Assembly: GCF_009914755.1 (NCBI RefSeq)
Contig: NC_060945.1
Strand: one strand, 5' to 3'
From: the human T2T-CHM13v2.0 reference genome, Homo sapiens
Length of the DNA stretch: 64,000 nt
In this document: positions 28,430-45,438 of the stretch, piece after piece
Position numbering within the stretch: the first letter of the stretch is position 1
How the letters are laid out: every line of letters starts with the position of its first letter
Notes under the pieces: generated by a model
Database searches by the model: none
Seen by the model: only the letters and a program-made list of their open reading frames with translations
What the model was told of the DNA's origin: nothing
Program-made: the position numbers and the translations under genes

Positions 28430-29440
28430 TAAGTACTGCAATCTAAGAGATTTGCTTACTGGATATTTTTGTTTATTTTTTTGATCCTTGAAAAATTTGG
28501 CTGGATATAAAAATTTGGTGCTATTCTCTGGTACTGAATATTGAACTAGTCCTCCTTTATTGTTATAAAATAAAAGAGTTATAGTTGTAACGATCAATTC
28601 AATTTTAATTGAGTATGTATCATCATCAGTCAGGTTGTTTTAAAAAAAGAAGTGTGTTTAGAAGAGCTGCTGGATTCCATATTCCATGAGTTCATTCATA
28701 TGTGAGAAATCTTCCTCTTTCTTTTATACTTGACTGATAATATATTGATGCATGGGTAAGTGACAAGTTTTTTTTCCTTGGAATTCTGAAGATTTTTTTA
28801 ATAGTGTGTTTTTTTTTCTGCCACTGAACATAATTGTGCCAATGTATGATGCTAACCCTTTTTCTTACTTTTGTATGTGACATGTTTTATATCTGCCTGA
28901 ATGCTTACAGAATTATGTTTTCATACTTGAAGTTCAAAAGAGAGTAAATTGGCATTGATTATTCTGAATTAATCTTTCTTAGAATGTGATGTACCTTTTT
29001 CAGTTTCCCTTTTATCTCAGGAAAAAAATCCTTTATTAAAGCTTCAAATCTTTTTTTGTGTTTTTGTTGTTCAATTTACTAGAATTCATAATGGGGTTAG
29101 GGTCCAATTTTCCTTAGGATGAATTATCTTAGTCATTTATCTATATCTCTACTTTTCTTGTAATTATTTCATTATATCTGTATCTCTCTCATACATTTCA
29201 ATTATATGCAATGTTCAACTGTGTATTTCTGTTCTCTGCCATCCCTAATTTACAAATTTGTGTAATGCTGTTGCTTTGTTGTAATTGATTTTCATAATTA
29301 TAATCTTTCTATTTTATTCAAATTCTGGATTTTGTTACTGGGTTCTTATTGTCTTCAACTCATTTATTAAGTTTTAAAAGTAATAAATAGTACTGTTGAA
29401 AATTTTTCTTTGATTGAGTTTGCTTCCAAAATCAGTTTTT
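28430..29440 (-). mobile_element. Ancient L1M remnant
   Basis: T-rich sequence with antisense-L1 motifs such as 'tttggctggatataaaaatt'; heavily diverged. Confidence 0.45.
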
Positions 29441-29459
29441 GGAAATATTTTCTATACAA

Positions 29460-29610
29460 TCTCCCCCCCTTCCCCCCTTCACCCCTCCCTCCTTTCCCCC
29501 TTCCTTCCTTCCCTCCCTCCCTCCCTTCCCTCCCTCCCTCCCTTCCTTCCTTCTTCCCTCCCTCCCTCCCTTCCTTCCTTCCTTTCTTCCTTCCTTCCGT
29601 CTTTCCTTCT
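29460..29610. repeat. Polypyrimidine (CCTT/CCCT)n tract
   Basis: About 150 nt of C/T; source of the spurious ORFs at 29410-29704. Confidence 0.95.
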
Positions 29611-32373
29611 TAGGTATATTCACATGTCTTCCACACTGTTTCTTTCCATCTGGTTCATGCTTGTCGTAGTCCTACCTGTGTTATTTTTCATTGTTTTCCC
29701 ATAGAGTAGGTTAATGTCCTTACATTTTTATGAGCTACAGTTTTGAAGAAATTAACCTGGATATGCATTTTTTTTTTTTTTGCAATTTAAGTGGTTAGAG
29801 AAAGGTTTTGAGGCAGGAGTATAAATTCACATGAGGCTGTATACAGCCTTCTTTTGATGGCCCATATTTCCTTCTCTTTTCTGCAATTTTGTTAAAAATC
29901 CTGTACAAAGGTTCCTTTGTACTAATGTGAGGTTTATTCTATCTGTGAATGTGTGTGGGATGCCACTGGGATGCCACTGTGCTACATACTATTCTCTACA
30001 ATTTAATGAGTAGCATTAAGAATTGACAAACTCCTAATGGCTCCTCCCATCTCCACTGGGATCCTGTAGCAGTCACTGATCCCTAGGGTTTGCTAGTCCT
30101 CAGATATTTTCCCTATCTTTATTTCAGGTTGCCTGCTTACCAGTCACCTGTTTTTCTACAGACTGCAAAATATTAATGAAAATTAGAACTTTTTTGAGTT
30201 TCTTTTCAGCAAAATGATGGGGAGGGGAGAGTTTGTAGATGAATAATAGAAAAAAAAAAGAGCCATGTTGAATTCCCTACTATTTTTGTTATTGGATGGA
30301 GTGTATGCCTCAACTTTATTTTTCTATTTGTTTTTTGTTTTCCTGTTGATGAGTTTTTGTGATTTTTTGACTGGTTTGAAACCAGTTTATAAAATCGAAT
30401 TATATTCTGGAGAAGGAGGTTTTAAGCTTCAGCTCCACTCAAATTTTATTCAAAAGTCCATGTAACTTCTGACCTAAAGAACTAAAGACTATGCCAATTT
30501 TATTCAACTTAAGGATATATCAACTTTATTCAGCCAGAATAATACCTAAATATTAATATAGATGTTATAAAACCTCACTGGCTCTAAGATTGTATGCATG
30601 GACAATATCATTAGTTATTTTATCTACACTATTAAAAATACTACCAAATCTAGTATTTAGCTGATTACTACTTTACAGAAGGATACAAGAAAACTGAAAA
30701 TTCACAAACTAAAAATGCTTTAAATTAATAATAATCTCTTGCATTGTTTACAATCCCATTAAACAGCAGTTACATTCCTCTGCTACTTCTAGGTTAATCA
30801 TAAAGGAAGTCCTTAAGTATGATACATGCTAGAATATTCTTTTTGAAATATTTTAATTACTAAAAAGTGTATTTGCCATTCAAAAGGATGGTGTGTTGTG
30901 AAAAATATCACTAGACATGTTGACAGAAGACCCAGCTGTATATATAAGGATTGACACTTACTAGGTATTCTTAGGCATTTTGTTAAAACTTTTTTTTTTT
31001 TGAGCTTCAGTTTTCTACTTTAGAGAACAAAGTTATTGATCTTAAAATCACTTTCCTTTCTACAATTTTATGACTTCATGATTTTTATGGTTCCTTCCAA
31101 AGGAAAGTATATGATTTATGTCTCTTTACATTAAAAAGTCTTTTTTTCCCTGAGATTTGTTTCAGATATTCACCTAAAAATCACCTATGTGAGACTATCT
31201 TTTAAAACATTTTCTGAAGATCTTCTCCTTCATATCTCCCACTGACCTTTCATTCTCTTTGCAATTCCTTTTTATCCTCCTCTTGTCTGACTACAGTGAA
31301 ACCATATTTACTTTCCCTTTGCTAATGCAAATTCTTGCTTCCTCGCCCTTCATCCTTTGTTCCCACTCCACATGTGGTTTTTTACCTTGCCATATGAAAG
31401 TCACTCTCACCAAGCATATTTCCCTAATCTACTTTTGTCTGTAAAGTGGATTATGAAACTTTTGAATGAAAGGCATTATACCAGAACATGCTAAACCGCA
31501 TAGCACTTAACTCTTCTGAAGGGAAGAACTCTATTCATGGCAGTATTCAAAAATAGACCTGTATTTCGGGGAAGAAACACGAACCAGGCTGGGAAAGATT
31601 GCTTTTTCCTCGTAGGGGTTACCACACTTTTTACAGCATCCTACTTGGTTAGTAGGAAGCTTTGAAAAAAATATCAGCATGTTCTTCCCAATCAGCTGCT
31701 AGTTTAGATCATTTTCAAAGAAATCCCCTGTGTATCCAGAATCCTAACCAATTCACAATTCTATGATTTCAGATTGTTGTGCCAGCCACATCTGTAGCTC
31801 AGGCAAGATTTATCTTCTCACCATGTTACTTTTTAACTTTAATAATCCTAGTGCCCAGAGGTCAAAAGATTATTTGATATTGAAAGAGAGTGAGCCTACT
31901 TGTCAGATTTTCTCAATGCTCTTTTATCTAATTTCCCTGCTATCATCACCAAAGTGTTATACCAACATTTACTTTGTCCACAGAATCAGTTTTCCACATC
32001 CGCTTGCTAAGTTCTGTCTTAACACAATTCCAGGAAGCTTGTTCTGTTTTCTTTTCTAAGCGAAAGAATAAAAATAAAATCCAATTAGGAGATCACCGAA
32101 TTAAAGAACTAAAAGTTCCTGACATGGTTTGGACCTCTAAATTCCCAAGTAAAAATTTGCATTTCATGTTTCTGACTATGTCTTTTTAGCCACCATCCAA
32201 ATAAATTCATTGGGTAATATTTCGTACTAGGTAAATACATAGCTTCTTTGCTGCTGTTTTATTTTTAACGATGTCAGTTTCGAGAACAAAGTGGCCAGGT
32301 ATGTAGTGTGATTTTGCTTAAATAATTTGTACTGTACCTAGAATTATGTGTTTGATTAATGTGTCTAGTAACC

Positions 32374-32397
32374 CTGCTGCTGCTGCTGCTGCTGCTG
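32374..32397. repeat. (CTG)8 trinucleotide repeat
   Basis: Eight perfect CTG units. Confidence 0.95.
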
Positions 32398-32831
32398 AGT
32401 TGGGTCCATTAACATTAAAAATAAAATAACTCACAAAAACCAGGAAGGCTGCATTATTAAGTCATTTTTTTACGACAGGGAAGTCAATGACAGAAGCATG
32501 ACCCTGGTAAAATTGGTTAGGTGTAGGGAATTAAACGGCATAATAACATGTTCAGTTAAATTCCTTACATTAGATCCTTGGAAACGTTGTGTAAAAATAA
32601 GATAAATTTTAAATAAATATAATTGTGGTGGTGATCATTCTCTATCTGTATTCATTCTTCCCTTTCGCCTTTTAGAGACGAAACTAACTGAATTTTACCT
32701 GTGCACCACAAGCTACCTGCCCTAGTTTTCAATCTTTCTTCAGTTTAGATGTGGTCATGTGTAGGTTGCTTTTTCAATAAAATTGTAACTATGAGTTTGA
32801 ATTAGAAATTTAAGTGTAATTCATAATGCAT

Positions 32832-33070
32832 TTTCCCCTTCCTGCCTTCCCTCCCTCCCTCCCTTCCTCTTCCTTCCTTCCTTTTCTCTCTCTTTCTTCC
32901 TTCCTTTCTTTCTTTCTCTTTCTTTTTCTTTTTCTTTCTTTCTTTTCTTTCTTTTCTTTCTTTTCCTTCCTTCCTTCCTTCCTTCCTTCCTTCCTTCCTT
33001 CCTTCCTTCCTTCCTTCCTTCCTTTCCTTCCTTCCTTCCTTTCTTTCTATCTTTCTTCTTTCTTTCTTTC
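32832..33070. repeat. (TTCC)n/(TTTC)n polypyrimidine tract
   Basis: About 240 nt of C/T including a long perfect TTCC run. Confidence 0.95.
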
Positions 33071-33089
33071 AGATGCATTATGTGTCTAA

Positions 33090-33602
<513 letters not shown>

Positions 33603-33849
33603 TAATTAAAATAATTTGTTTACAAAGTGCTTACTTGTTTATGTGATAGTAGTAATTATTTAGCTATAATATTTTAATGACATGCTTTTTCTTCCAGTAA
33701 CTATTTCAGCATAGAAATATTATAGACTTAAGGAATGCATAGAAACTTAATAGACTGTCATTAGAATGTTAAGATATTATTTCTCCTTTTTATTTCCTTT
33801 AATTTTTTAAAATTCTTACAATTTAAGGTGTTTATACTCCATTTTTAAC

Positions 33850-36047
33850 AGTTTTTTTTAAGATACACACCACTGCACATATTTAATGTATACAATTTGA
33901 TGAGTTCAGACAAATGCCAACAATGTAAAATCATCACCATAATCAAGGAATAGACATGTCCTAACAGCTCCCATTTTCTTTGTGTCCCTTTACTTCTTGT
34001 GTGTGTGTGAGTGTGTGATTTTTGAACATAACGTGAGCTTTCAACTCTTTCTTACCAAATTTTGAAATGCACAATATCATATTGTTAACTCTAGGCACTA
34101 TGTTATACAGCAAATTTCTATAACCAGTTTATCTTGCATAATTACAATTTTATACATATCGAATTCTTCATTTGCCCAACTCTGCAGCCCTTGGCAATCA
34201 TTATTGTATTGTCTGCTTCTATGAGTTTGACTATTGTAGATACCTCATATAATTAGAATCATGAATTATTTTTTCCTGTGTGAGTGGCTTATTTCACTTA
34301 GCATAATGCGTTCCAGGTTCATCCACGTTGTTGCAAAAAGCAGAATTTCCTTCCCTTTTAAGGCTGAATAATAATCCATTTTATGCATATATCACATGCT
34401 TCTTTATCCATTTATCTGTCAAAGGACACTTAAGTTGTTTCCATATCTTGGCTACCGTGAATAATGTTGTAATAAACGTGGGACAGAGATGCAGATATCT
34501 CTTTGTGACCCTGATTTCAATTTCTTGGGATATATACCCAGAAGTGGGATTTCTAGATCATATGGTAGCTCTATTTAAAAATTTTTAAGGACCTCCGTAC
34601 TGTTTTCCATAGCTGTTGCATCATGTTACATTCCTACAAACACTGTATAAGTGTTTCAATTTTTCTACCTTCTTGCTAGCCCTTATCTGTTTTTTTTTGA
34701 CAGTAGACACCCTAAAGGTGTGAGGTAATATCATTCATTGTAGTTTCGATTTGTATTTCCCTGATGATTAGACATTTTGAGCACTTTTTTACACACCTGC
34801 TGGCCATTTCTGTGTCTTCTTTGGAGAAATGTCTATCAGGGTGCATGCCCATTTTTAAATTCAGGTTACTTGTCTTTTTGCTATTGATTTGTGAGTTCCT
34901 TATATAGTTTTGAAATGTATCCCTTATCAGATGTTCGTTTTGCAAATGTTTTCTCCTATTCTATAGGTTGCCTTTCAATCTGTTGCTTCCTTTCCTGCAC
35001 AGGAGCTTTTTAGTTTGACATAGTCCCACTTCTCTAGTTTTGCTTTTATGTTCTATGATTTTAGTGCCATAGTCAAGAAATCTTTGCCAAGACCAATGCC
35101 AAGAAGGTATTCCCCTATGTTTTCTTCTAGAAGTTTGACAGTTCAGATCTTATGTTTAAGTCTTTAGTCCATTTTTGTTTGATTTTTGTGAGTGGTGTAA
35201 GGCAGAGATCTATTTTTGTTTTTTTGAAGGTAGTGTCTAGTTTTCCCAGTTCTACTTTTTGAAGAAATTATACTTCCTTACCCATTGTGTATCCTTAGCA
35301 CTGTTGCTAAAGATGGGTTGACCATATATGTATGAGTTTACAGCTGGTCTCTTTATTTTGTTCCACTTAATATATCTGTCTTTATGCTAGTACCATACTG
35401 TTTTAATTACTATGGTTTCTACCACTTCTATTCTGTAAAGTCCTGGAAGTCTTAGCCAGAACCATTAGGTAAGAGAAAGAAATAGAAGGAATCAAAATTG
35501 TAAAGGAACAGAATAAAATGTTCTCTGTTTGTAGATGACATCATCTTGTGTGTAGAGAACCCTAAAACTCCACCTACACAAAATGTTAGAACTAATAAAC
35601 AAATTGAGTAAATATGCAGGATACAAAATCAACGTACAAAAAATCAGTTGTATTTCAAAACATTAACAAGGAACCATTCTAAAAATAAGCTAAAAAACAA
35701 TTCCATTTACAATAGCATAAAAATCATACAATATTTAGAAATAAGCATGGGGGTGAAATACTTATACAACGAAAACTGCAAAACATTGATGACGGAAATT
35801 AAAGGAGACACAGATAAATGAAAAAAAACATGGCTTTCTATGGATTGGACGACTTAATATTGTTGAAATATAAATATTAGCCAAATTGATCTACAGGTGA
35901 AATGCTATATTCATCAAAATCCTAATGGTGTTTTTTACAGAAATAGAGAAAAGAATCCTAAATTTCATTTGGAACCACAAAAGACCCAGAGTAGCCGAAG
36001 AGATCTTGAGAAAGAAGAGCAAAGCTGGAGACATCACACTTCTTGAC
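33850..36047 (-). mobile_element. Old L1 (about L1MA9-L1MB2) with inverted 5' segment (35416-36047 reads on +)
   Basis: Antisense 3'UTR/ORF2 at 33850-35415 switches to sense ORF2 at ~35416. TSD tttatactccatttt(t/a)aac at 33831-33849 and 36048-36066. Confidence 0.9.
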
Positions 36048-38682
36048 TTTATACTCCATTTTAAACTTTACTTTTTCAGAATATCCTAGAGCAAAATTCA
36101 TATTATCCTTATATATCTTTTGAACAGTAGAAATTTGTAGACTTACTATTATCATAAGGCATTTGTTTTTACAGCCCAGTGTTCCATCTCCTTGGTTAGT
36201 AATATTCTCTTGAAGACATTGGCCCCTTGTACCTTATCCATATCATTACAGAGTGGGGATGATACTGGTTAATTTTTGAAATTCTAATACTTAGCCAAAA
36301 TGTGAAACTCTTTGATAAATTCACAAACTATCTGCAGCATATTGTAAAGAACTTTAAATGTAGTTATCTTGTTTATGAGTTTAAATTATCTAGATGACTT
36401 TTGACTTTCTTTATCTTTTGCTATTGGACATGATAAACTCATTCATTCAAGAGTACATACACTTCATGCCCTACTAACACCTTAGATGTACTTATCTATT
36501 GATGACACATTTTCTATGCTCTTTACTTTGTATTAACGAGATTACAAATCATTGATTCTCAAGTAAAGCTGATACATACCAGATTTTGAGATACACCATG
36601 GCAGTCAACGTCAACTGTCTTCATAAAGATAGTGGTAAATTAAGCACGTCAACTTACATTTTGACTAATAATACAATTAATTTTTATGTATAAGATAGTA
36701 ATTTTAACTGTGCTTGAATATCAAACCAACTATAATAAGAAAAAAATCATGTCAATTGTAACATTTCAGCCAATTTTTACATAAAAGGCCTTAGAAAGGT
36801 AATTTCAAGATTTTGGAGTATGTATAACCTAATCATTATTTATTTGGCACTTCTATTTTAAATTGTCTATTACCTTTTCTCACATAAAAAGAGCCATGTT
36901 TTTACAAGTTGAATCAGAAGTCTCTACTCTGTGAGGGTAAGAAAGCAACAATTAACCATTCCAGAACTTTACATAATCCTATGATTGTCTCCCTCTCTTA
37001 TATAAAACATTCTGCCACAGCAAACAAGCAGGTGCAATTACAGCCAGACTGAGATTTCTGGAGATAAAGAATAAACAAAGATGGCATGAATATGTCCTAA
37101 AACACAGTAATCTAATTAAAATATGCAATTAAAATAGTTAATGCAATTTTCTATGTCAAGATACTACAGAAAAAAGAAGATATGTTTTGAAACATTTTAA
37201 GACTCCTACTACATAAGTTAGTATCTATACTGAACAAGATTTGGTGTGCTCACAATTTAATTAACTTCAGGCTCTCAATAACCGTGTGATAAAAATAGAG
37301 CCTAAACCCCTCAGAAGTCTGTATCTGCTAGATGTTTCTGATCTAGAAAATAAAATTAACTCTTCAGTGAAATGATCCAAATAGATTGCCAAGAGCTAAT
37401 CTTGCTCAATGTGAATCGATCCATATTAAGAAAATAATTAGGAGAATGCTGTTATCAGAGGCAGCAATGTGTCAGTCAAAAGGGTAGCCTACACACATAT
37501 AAACACGTATACACACAATCACACACATACACACATACACATTCATGCACAAACATACATATATTCACACACATACACCTACTTGGAATATAATTGCCAG
37601 AAATGCTATATCTGTTTCACAAGGAATTTGTTCAAACAAATGTAAAAAGCTATGCTATTGGGAGAAGTTGAGCTTGGCTAGCAATTTAAGAAAAGCAATC
37701 ACTTGGATCCTGGTCTCTTTCTTCAGCTAAAAGGTAATGAAATGTATTGCTCATTTGTTCTTTCTGTCATGTCCAATTAAAACAAAAGAAATGAAACTTC
37801 TCTGTCTCTTCCAAACAGGCTCTCCCCTATGGTTTCATTTCACCCATTAGATACTTTAATGCTTGCTACTAGCTGGAAGACGATACCCAAAATACAGTGT
37901 CTAAGGGATACCTTACTTCTGTGGATTAGAGGTGAGAGAGTTAAGAACCTTATTTTAAAAAGTGTTCTGTGGTCTTTCTGCATCTCTTATCATTTTTATC
38001 TGTTGTAGCGATGGCTAAGTGGAAAGAGAATGTCATTCTGCGGCCAGTACTGTGGAATACTAACAATTTTACAGCCACATACGTAGAAGCGACAGTGGCC
38101 ATATCTGTGTGCGAATGGTGTTATCTGCCTCTCTACATCAGCTGGATGGGCTACAACCTTAAACTTGGGTCAACCTTTCTGCCCTTAGGGATTGATCTAT
38201 ACGTGGCCTCTTGCTGAAATAGGGAAAATGTTACCCCCCCAATCATCTTTTACCCTGTAGCCCTGCCCATTCATCTCTTTGATTTGGTCTACGTATTCTT
38301 TTGCTCTATAATCTATTAACTATTAAACGTTATAGCTGCTACTTATAGCTGTGTTTTTAGTTCACAGAAGACAATATTGTGATTTAAATATTTAAAAATA
38401 ATATTGACCAATCTCTGCTAGAAAACATTGTTAAAATTGGAATCTCCAGAGAAAAGAAATGGGCACCTCTTTGTGACAATGGCTGTTGATTCAGCGTATG
38501 CTATACATGGTAGATCAATGCAAAAACAACGGAGTTCATACTATTTGCAATTATGGGATTGCCTCATTAAAAAATGCTATCATACTGCTCTGAAAGCCGA
38601 CCATACAAGTTAGATCATTCTTGTCATACCCAACTAAATCAGCGTTGAGCCAGGGGGAAAAATCACTCAGTGAATGTGCAAT

Positions 38683-39345
<663 letters not shown>

Positions 39346-41478
39346 CCAGCCTGGTAGAAAAGTATCCTTCTCTGCTTCACTGACATGAAACTTAGCCATG
39401 CATCTGTAGTCGTTCCTGTAGGTGGAAAATACATCCTGCCCTGGTATGTGACTGTTTTTGGATAAAGAAATGGGAATACAAGCAAATCAGAATGTGATTG
39501 GTTATGTCTTTTTTCCCCCTTCTACCATGAGAAAAGTAATTTCCCAGATACAATTGTTCTGTCAACATGGGTTGCAAAGTGAAGATATGTGAAGGAGAGT
39601 AACAGCTAATCAACAACGGACACACAATGTGAACAAGAAATTGACATTTGTTTTTGTTTGCTACTGGGACCTGAAAGTCATTTTTTTAAATGTAGCATAC
39701 CGTAGCCTAGCCTGAGTGATATGGTAATTTTAAAAATATGTATAGGAAAAGGAGGGCTGTAATTTCCTCAGCACTAGACTAGACATGAAAAATTTGAAGT
39801 TTTCTTCACATTTTTCTAACAGTGTTACCTGAAATGGTTATTGAATTCCTCCAATGCTAGCTTCTGCGTCTATGCAATGAATGGTTTGGATGAGGCAATG
39901 TTAGCCACCTTTAACATCCTTTGAGTCTGTGATTCGAGTAAACCTCAAAGCATGGCTGAAGTCACCATTATTTAGATTTGCTGAAATCTCCTTCTTTTTA
40001 TTACTTCCTTATTAAGTAGCTAGGTGGCAGTTTGTGGTTGAATAGAACACAAAGTCTATTGAATTTTCTATTTCTATGTGGCTAGGGAAAGATCTTCAAT
40101 ATTTGGAAGGTATAATAAAAATTCTCAAGTTGTAGCGAAGGTTAAATTAACCACTAGCCATACCTTGGATTTAGTAAAACCTGCATGTTACCTAAAACAA
40201 TTAGTAATTTGCCTTTGACTTAGTGATATTTGTCATTGTTAAAGCTGTCACACTAGGTCAATAGATGCAACAGGTAACAAAAGCACTTGATCTTACTGCT
40301 GTATAAAATAAGCTTTTTATCTTGGACTTTCTGTTAAGTTCCGTTAAGAGAGTTTTTCAAATAGCATGGCCAGGCTTTGGCACTGAGGATGATACTGCCT
40401 GCGAGATTCACAATGTAGATGTCACTTTGGCTCTACTCAGATAAGAGGTATCACTGCACTGAGTCACAGCAATATAGAGTCAGATGGTTTTCTGCTATGT
40501 AGGCTTTCTCCGTTCAACCCCAAGAAGTATCTAGGGAGGATTTCAAAAGTGTATGGCTTTAACACTTAAAACATCATTCCTAAATATCATCCTGAAGCTT
40601 GTTAGAAATGTTGAATCACTCTAGATTTATTAAATAAGGATGTGCATTTTAAGATCTCCAGGTGACTTATATGTACACTACATTTCTAAAAAGGGAGAGC
40701 TTGGAGAAACTAAGATATTCTCTTTTGTAGCTGTTATTTTACATATATGACACGGAGGACTATATCACTAAACACTATACCACTAATATTGGAAAATATC
40801 ATAGCACTAATATAGGATCAATGTAACTTGCAATGATGTAAAAATATGCAGCATATTTCAAATGGATTCTCAATCTTCAAATATTATGGAAGAATCTTGA
40901 TTTGGTGTTTCAAGATCTTGGTCACAGTTTTCAGTACTCCACTCTGATTGTAAAGGGAAGGCAGTTTGCATAGAGGTTGAAAGTATTGGTTCTGGGTCTA
41001 ATTTTTTGAGCTAAAACCTTGGCGTCTTGTTACTGTGTATAAAACTGTGGATAGTTTTTACTTAATTTTCCTGAATTTTATTTTCTCATCAACATTATAG
41101 GGATAATAGTTACCTAATAGTTAAGGAAAATCTTTAGAAAAGTTATTTGAGACCAGATGTTTCTATCCCTGGTCAGTTAACAATTTTTTCTTTCTTAGGG
41201 TTCATTAATGAAGTTGTAACCAGTGTTTTAATTTAGGAATGCCAAAGGTCAGTATATATTTTTGTAAGATAACTATATGGTTTCATTAAAGAAAAATATT
41301 TGACATATGCAATTTCTATTCCTTTGTTTGAGGATTGTACTCTGTCTTTTGAATGCTCTTCTCCTTAATCTATTTATGGAATGGTTTGCTCCTTTATGTA
41401 AGACATGAATAAGATTTTTCTGATACAAAAGTTTCCCCAGGAAGATAATGGATTAAGCCTTATGGAGACTTTAAGTAA

Positions 41479-41948
<470 letters not shown>

Positions 41949-42159
41949 CTGAAGGCAAGTATTACTCTTAATGAAAAATAAATGGAAGGTGAAACCTTTG
42001 GTGACTTGATACTTTACCTTCTTATGTTTATTTAAAAAAAAAAATCACAATGTGGTTTACCTCTGATTGAAGATGCATGTAACTTGAGCAACAGATCCCA
42101 AAACATCACTTCATGATGTTATTTTGAAAACAGGATAAAATGATATGAATCATATAATG

Positions 42160-42400
42160 ATAATTACTTACAGTTAATGATCATTGACTATGTACTATGT
42201 GTAATTCTAGGAATTTTACATGCATTTAGTTATTCTCACGATAACCCTATGATGTTAAACAGTAGTAGCGTGGCAGGTGCTACAATTATTCCCATTTATG
42301 AGATGTGGAAACTGAGGCACAAAGCATTTAAATAAATAGCCTACGGTATCAAAGCCGATGACTAACATTTTCAGAAAATAAATTCAGATAGTCTGGATCT
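42160..42400 (-). mobile_element. MIR remnant
   Basis: 'attattcccatttatgagatgtggaaactgaggcac'. Confidence 0.75.
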
Positions 42401-42419
42401 TAACACTAAATTCAATAGT

Positions 42420-43440
<1,021 letters not shown>

Positions 43441-44530
43441 TATGCATCTCTATGAAACTGAGAAAATACTGATTCTCTAAAAAATAAAATATTCCCTGAT
43501 ATTAACAGATTATAGCTCAAAGTGATTAGCATAATGGCAGGGAGATTATAATCATTTAGTAATGTTCAGTATCATCCTTATCTTCATCTTCTTTTTTTTC
43601 TTCTTGAAAAATTAACTGAAGTATGATCACAAAGCAAAACATAAAGGAGACATTCAAGAGTGCTTTATTTAAAGAAAGAGAAGTTTCAGCCTGGCATCAA
43701 TAATTTGCCTAAATATTTTAACTGAAAGAGAATGCTTTCACACGGTCTCAAAAGAAAAGCCATTTTCTTTTCATCTGAAAACAAGTGTTTTAAATTTTTT
43801 TTATCAGTAGATTCATAGTGTTATCTGAGGTCCTACATTTATTCTTTAAGCTTATATTTACCTCAACAATAATTTCCAAAAATCATCACCTCTGCTAACT
43901 TGAGAGAAGATTCTATTTTCCAGTTACTGAATGGTCCTTTTTCATGCTATTCAAATCTGAATATCTTGCTTAAACTCCAGTGCCCAGACTGCTCCCAATT
44001 GTCTAGTAAAGCTCTCAGCCCAGCCAAACGTTGTGGAGAAACTATACAGCAATTCCTTTTTGCAACACTCTTGTTTTGACATCTCAGTGAGTCTATTTAC
44101 ATGTAGTAATTTCTCAGTGCCAGTTAAAGTCAGAAAAAGTGATTCACTGTGGCATTCTTGCAAAATATGACAGATGGGCTCATTAGTCGTTTGATTCATA
44201 AAAGCCATCATGTTGTTTTGCTTAAAATAAGAAGCAAAAAATAAGCAAGTCCTTGATAGGTTTAATTCAGATCAGAGCAAAGTAATGCCAACTCTGCAGA
44301 TTCATGTAAAGAACCGACAAAAGGAGCCGGGGGAAAAAGGACTGTGCAAATGAATGCATTATTCTTTGTAAAAAAGTTATGAGCCATAAAGTAATGGTTA
44401 AAAAAGAGCTAGGCATCTGCAACTAGGCAAAGAGATTAGAAGAAAGCAACAACAACTAGTAAGTTATATGCTATTTGTTGTGTTTTCTTGATGTAAATAT
44501 AGCAGTAGAAAGAATGAAGACATTAAATGA

Positions 44531-44697
44531 GAATTAAGAGAATATATGTATTCATATATATTAATTCATATATATTATATTATATATGAATATTATATAT
44601 TCATACATGTGTGAATTCATATGTATGAATATATATGATATAATAATTTTATGAATATATGAATACATATGAATTAATATGCATATATATTAATTCA
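44531..44697. repeat. AT-rich imperfect palindrome
   Basis: tatatattcatacat (44594-44608) is the exact reverse complement of atgtatgaatatata (44621-44635), around GAATTC; further complementary blocks lie outward. Confidence 0.8.
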
Positions 44698-44931
44698 AGA
44701 TGCCAGAGACATTAAGAAAAGAGTAATCCCTATCAATGGATAAATAATATGATACAGAATAGTATTTGTTAGTAAAGAAGTGAAAATTTAAAAGAATATA
44801 TATTTGGTGTGTCAACACCAAAATGTCTTCCAGAAAACTCTGGTAGAGTAGTTGCATGCCAACAGAAAACTATTCTTATGGAAATTTTCATTTACATTGA
44901 TTAGCTATTAATGTTTTGTTGCAATCAGCAA

Positions 44932-45438
44932 ACCTGACTACTATAAGGACTCCACAGTCAAATTTGAATTTAAAATTATGGATGGTAGATTGTCAAATCT
45001 TATTTGTTGTCTTGCCTTTAAACAATTCTAAAAGAAAGGCTTCATATCTTGCAGAATTTTTAATTGTTAAGTAATATCAATAATTAATAATAACCCAGGA
45101 GATTAGTGAAAAGAAGTTTCCCATTGTAACTCTTCATTGAGCAAAAGACTTCTGTCAGTCAATTAAAAACATCTCTATTGCTGGAGAAATAATGGTTCTT
45201 TCACTTTCTTATGAGTTGTGTCCATTTCTGTGATGGTCTTACATGATATGTGAATGAATCATAAGTTATTTCTCAAACTCTTAACAAGTATTTATGTATC
45301 TGTGTAGATCAATAATTTAATTACCTGTGTAGAAATAAGAACTTATGAAAGCTTCAAATGTTGTGAATAATAACGTAGTGGAAAATTCTTTTGCCTCATC
45401 CACATTTGGGAGAAAATGCTTAAAAAAATCTCCCAAAT
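44932..45438 (+). repeat. Inverted repeat, left arm
   Basis: Reverse complement of 47419-47910. Confidence 0.97.
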
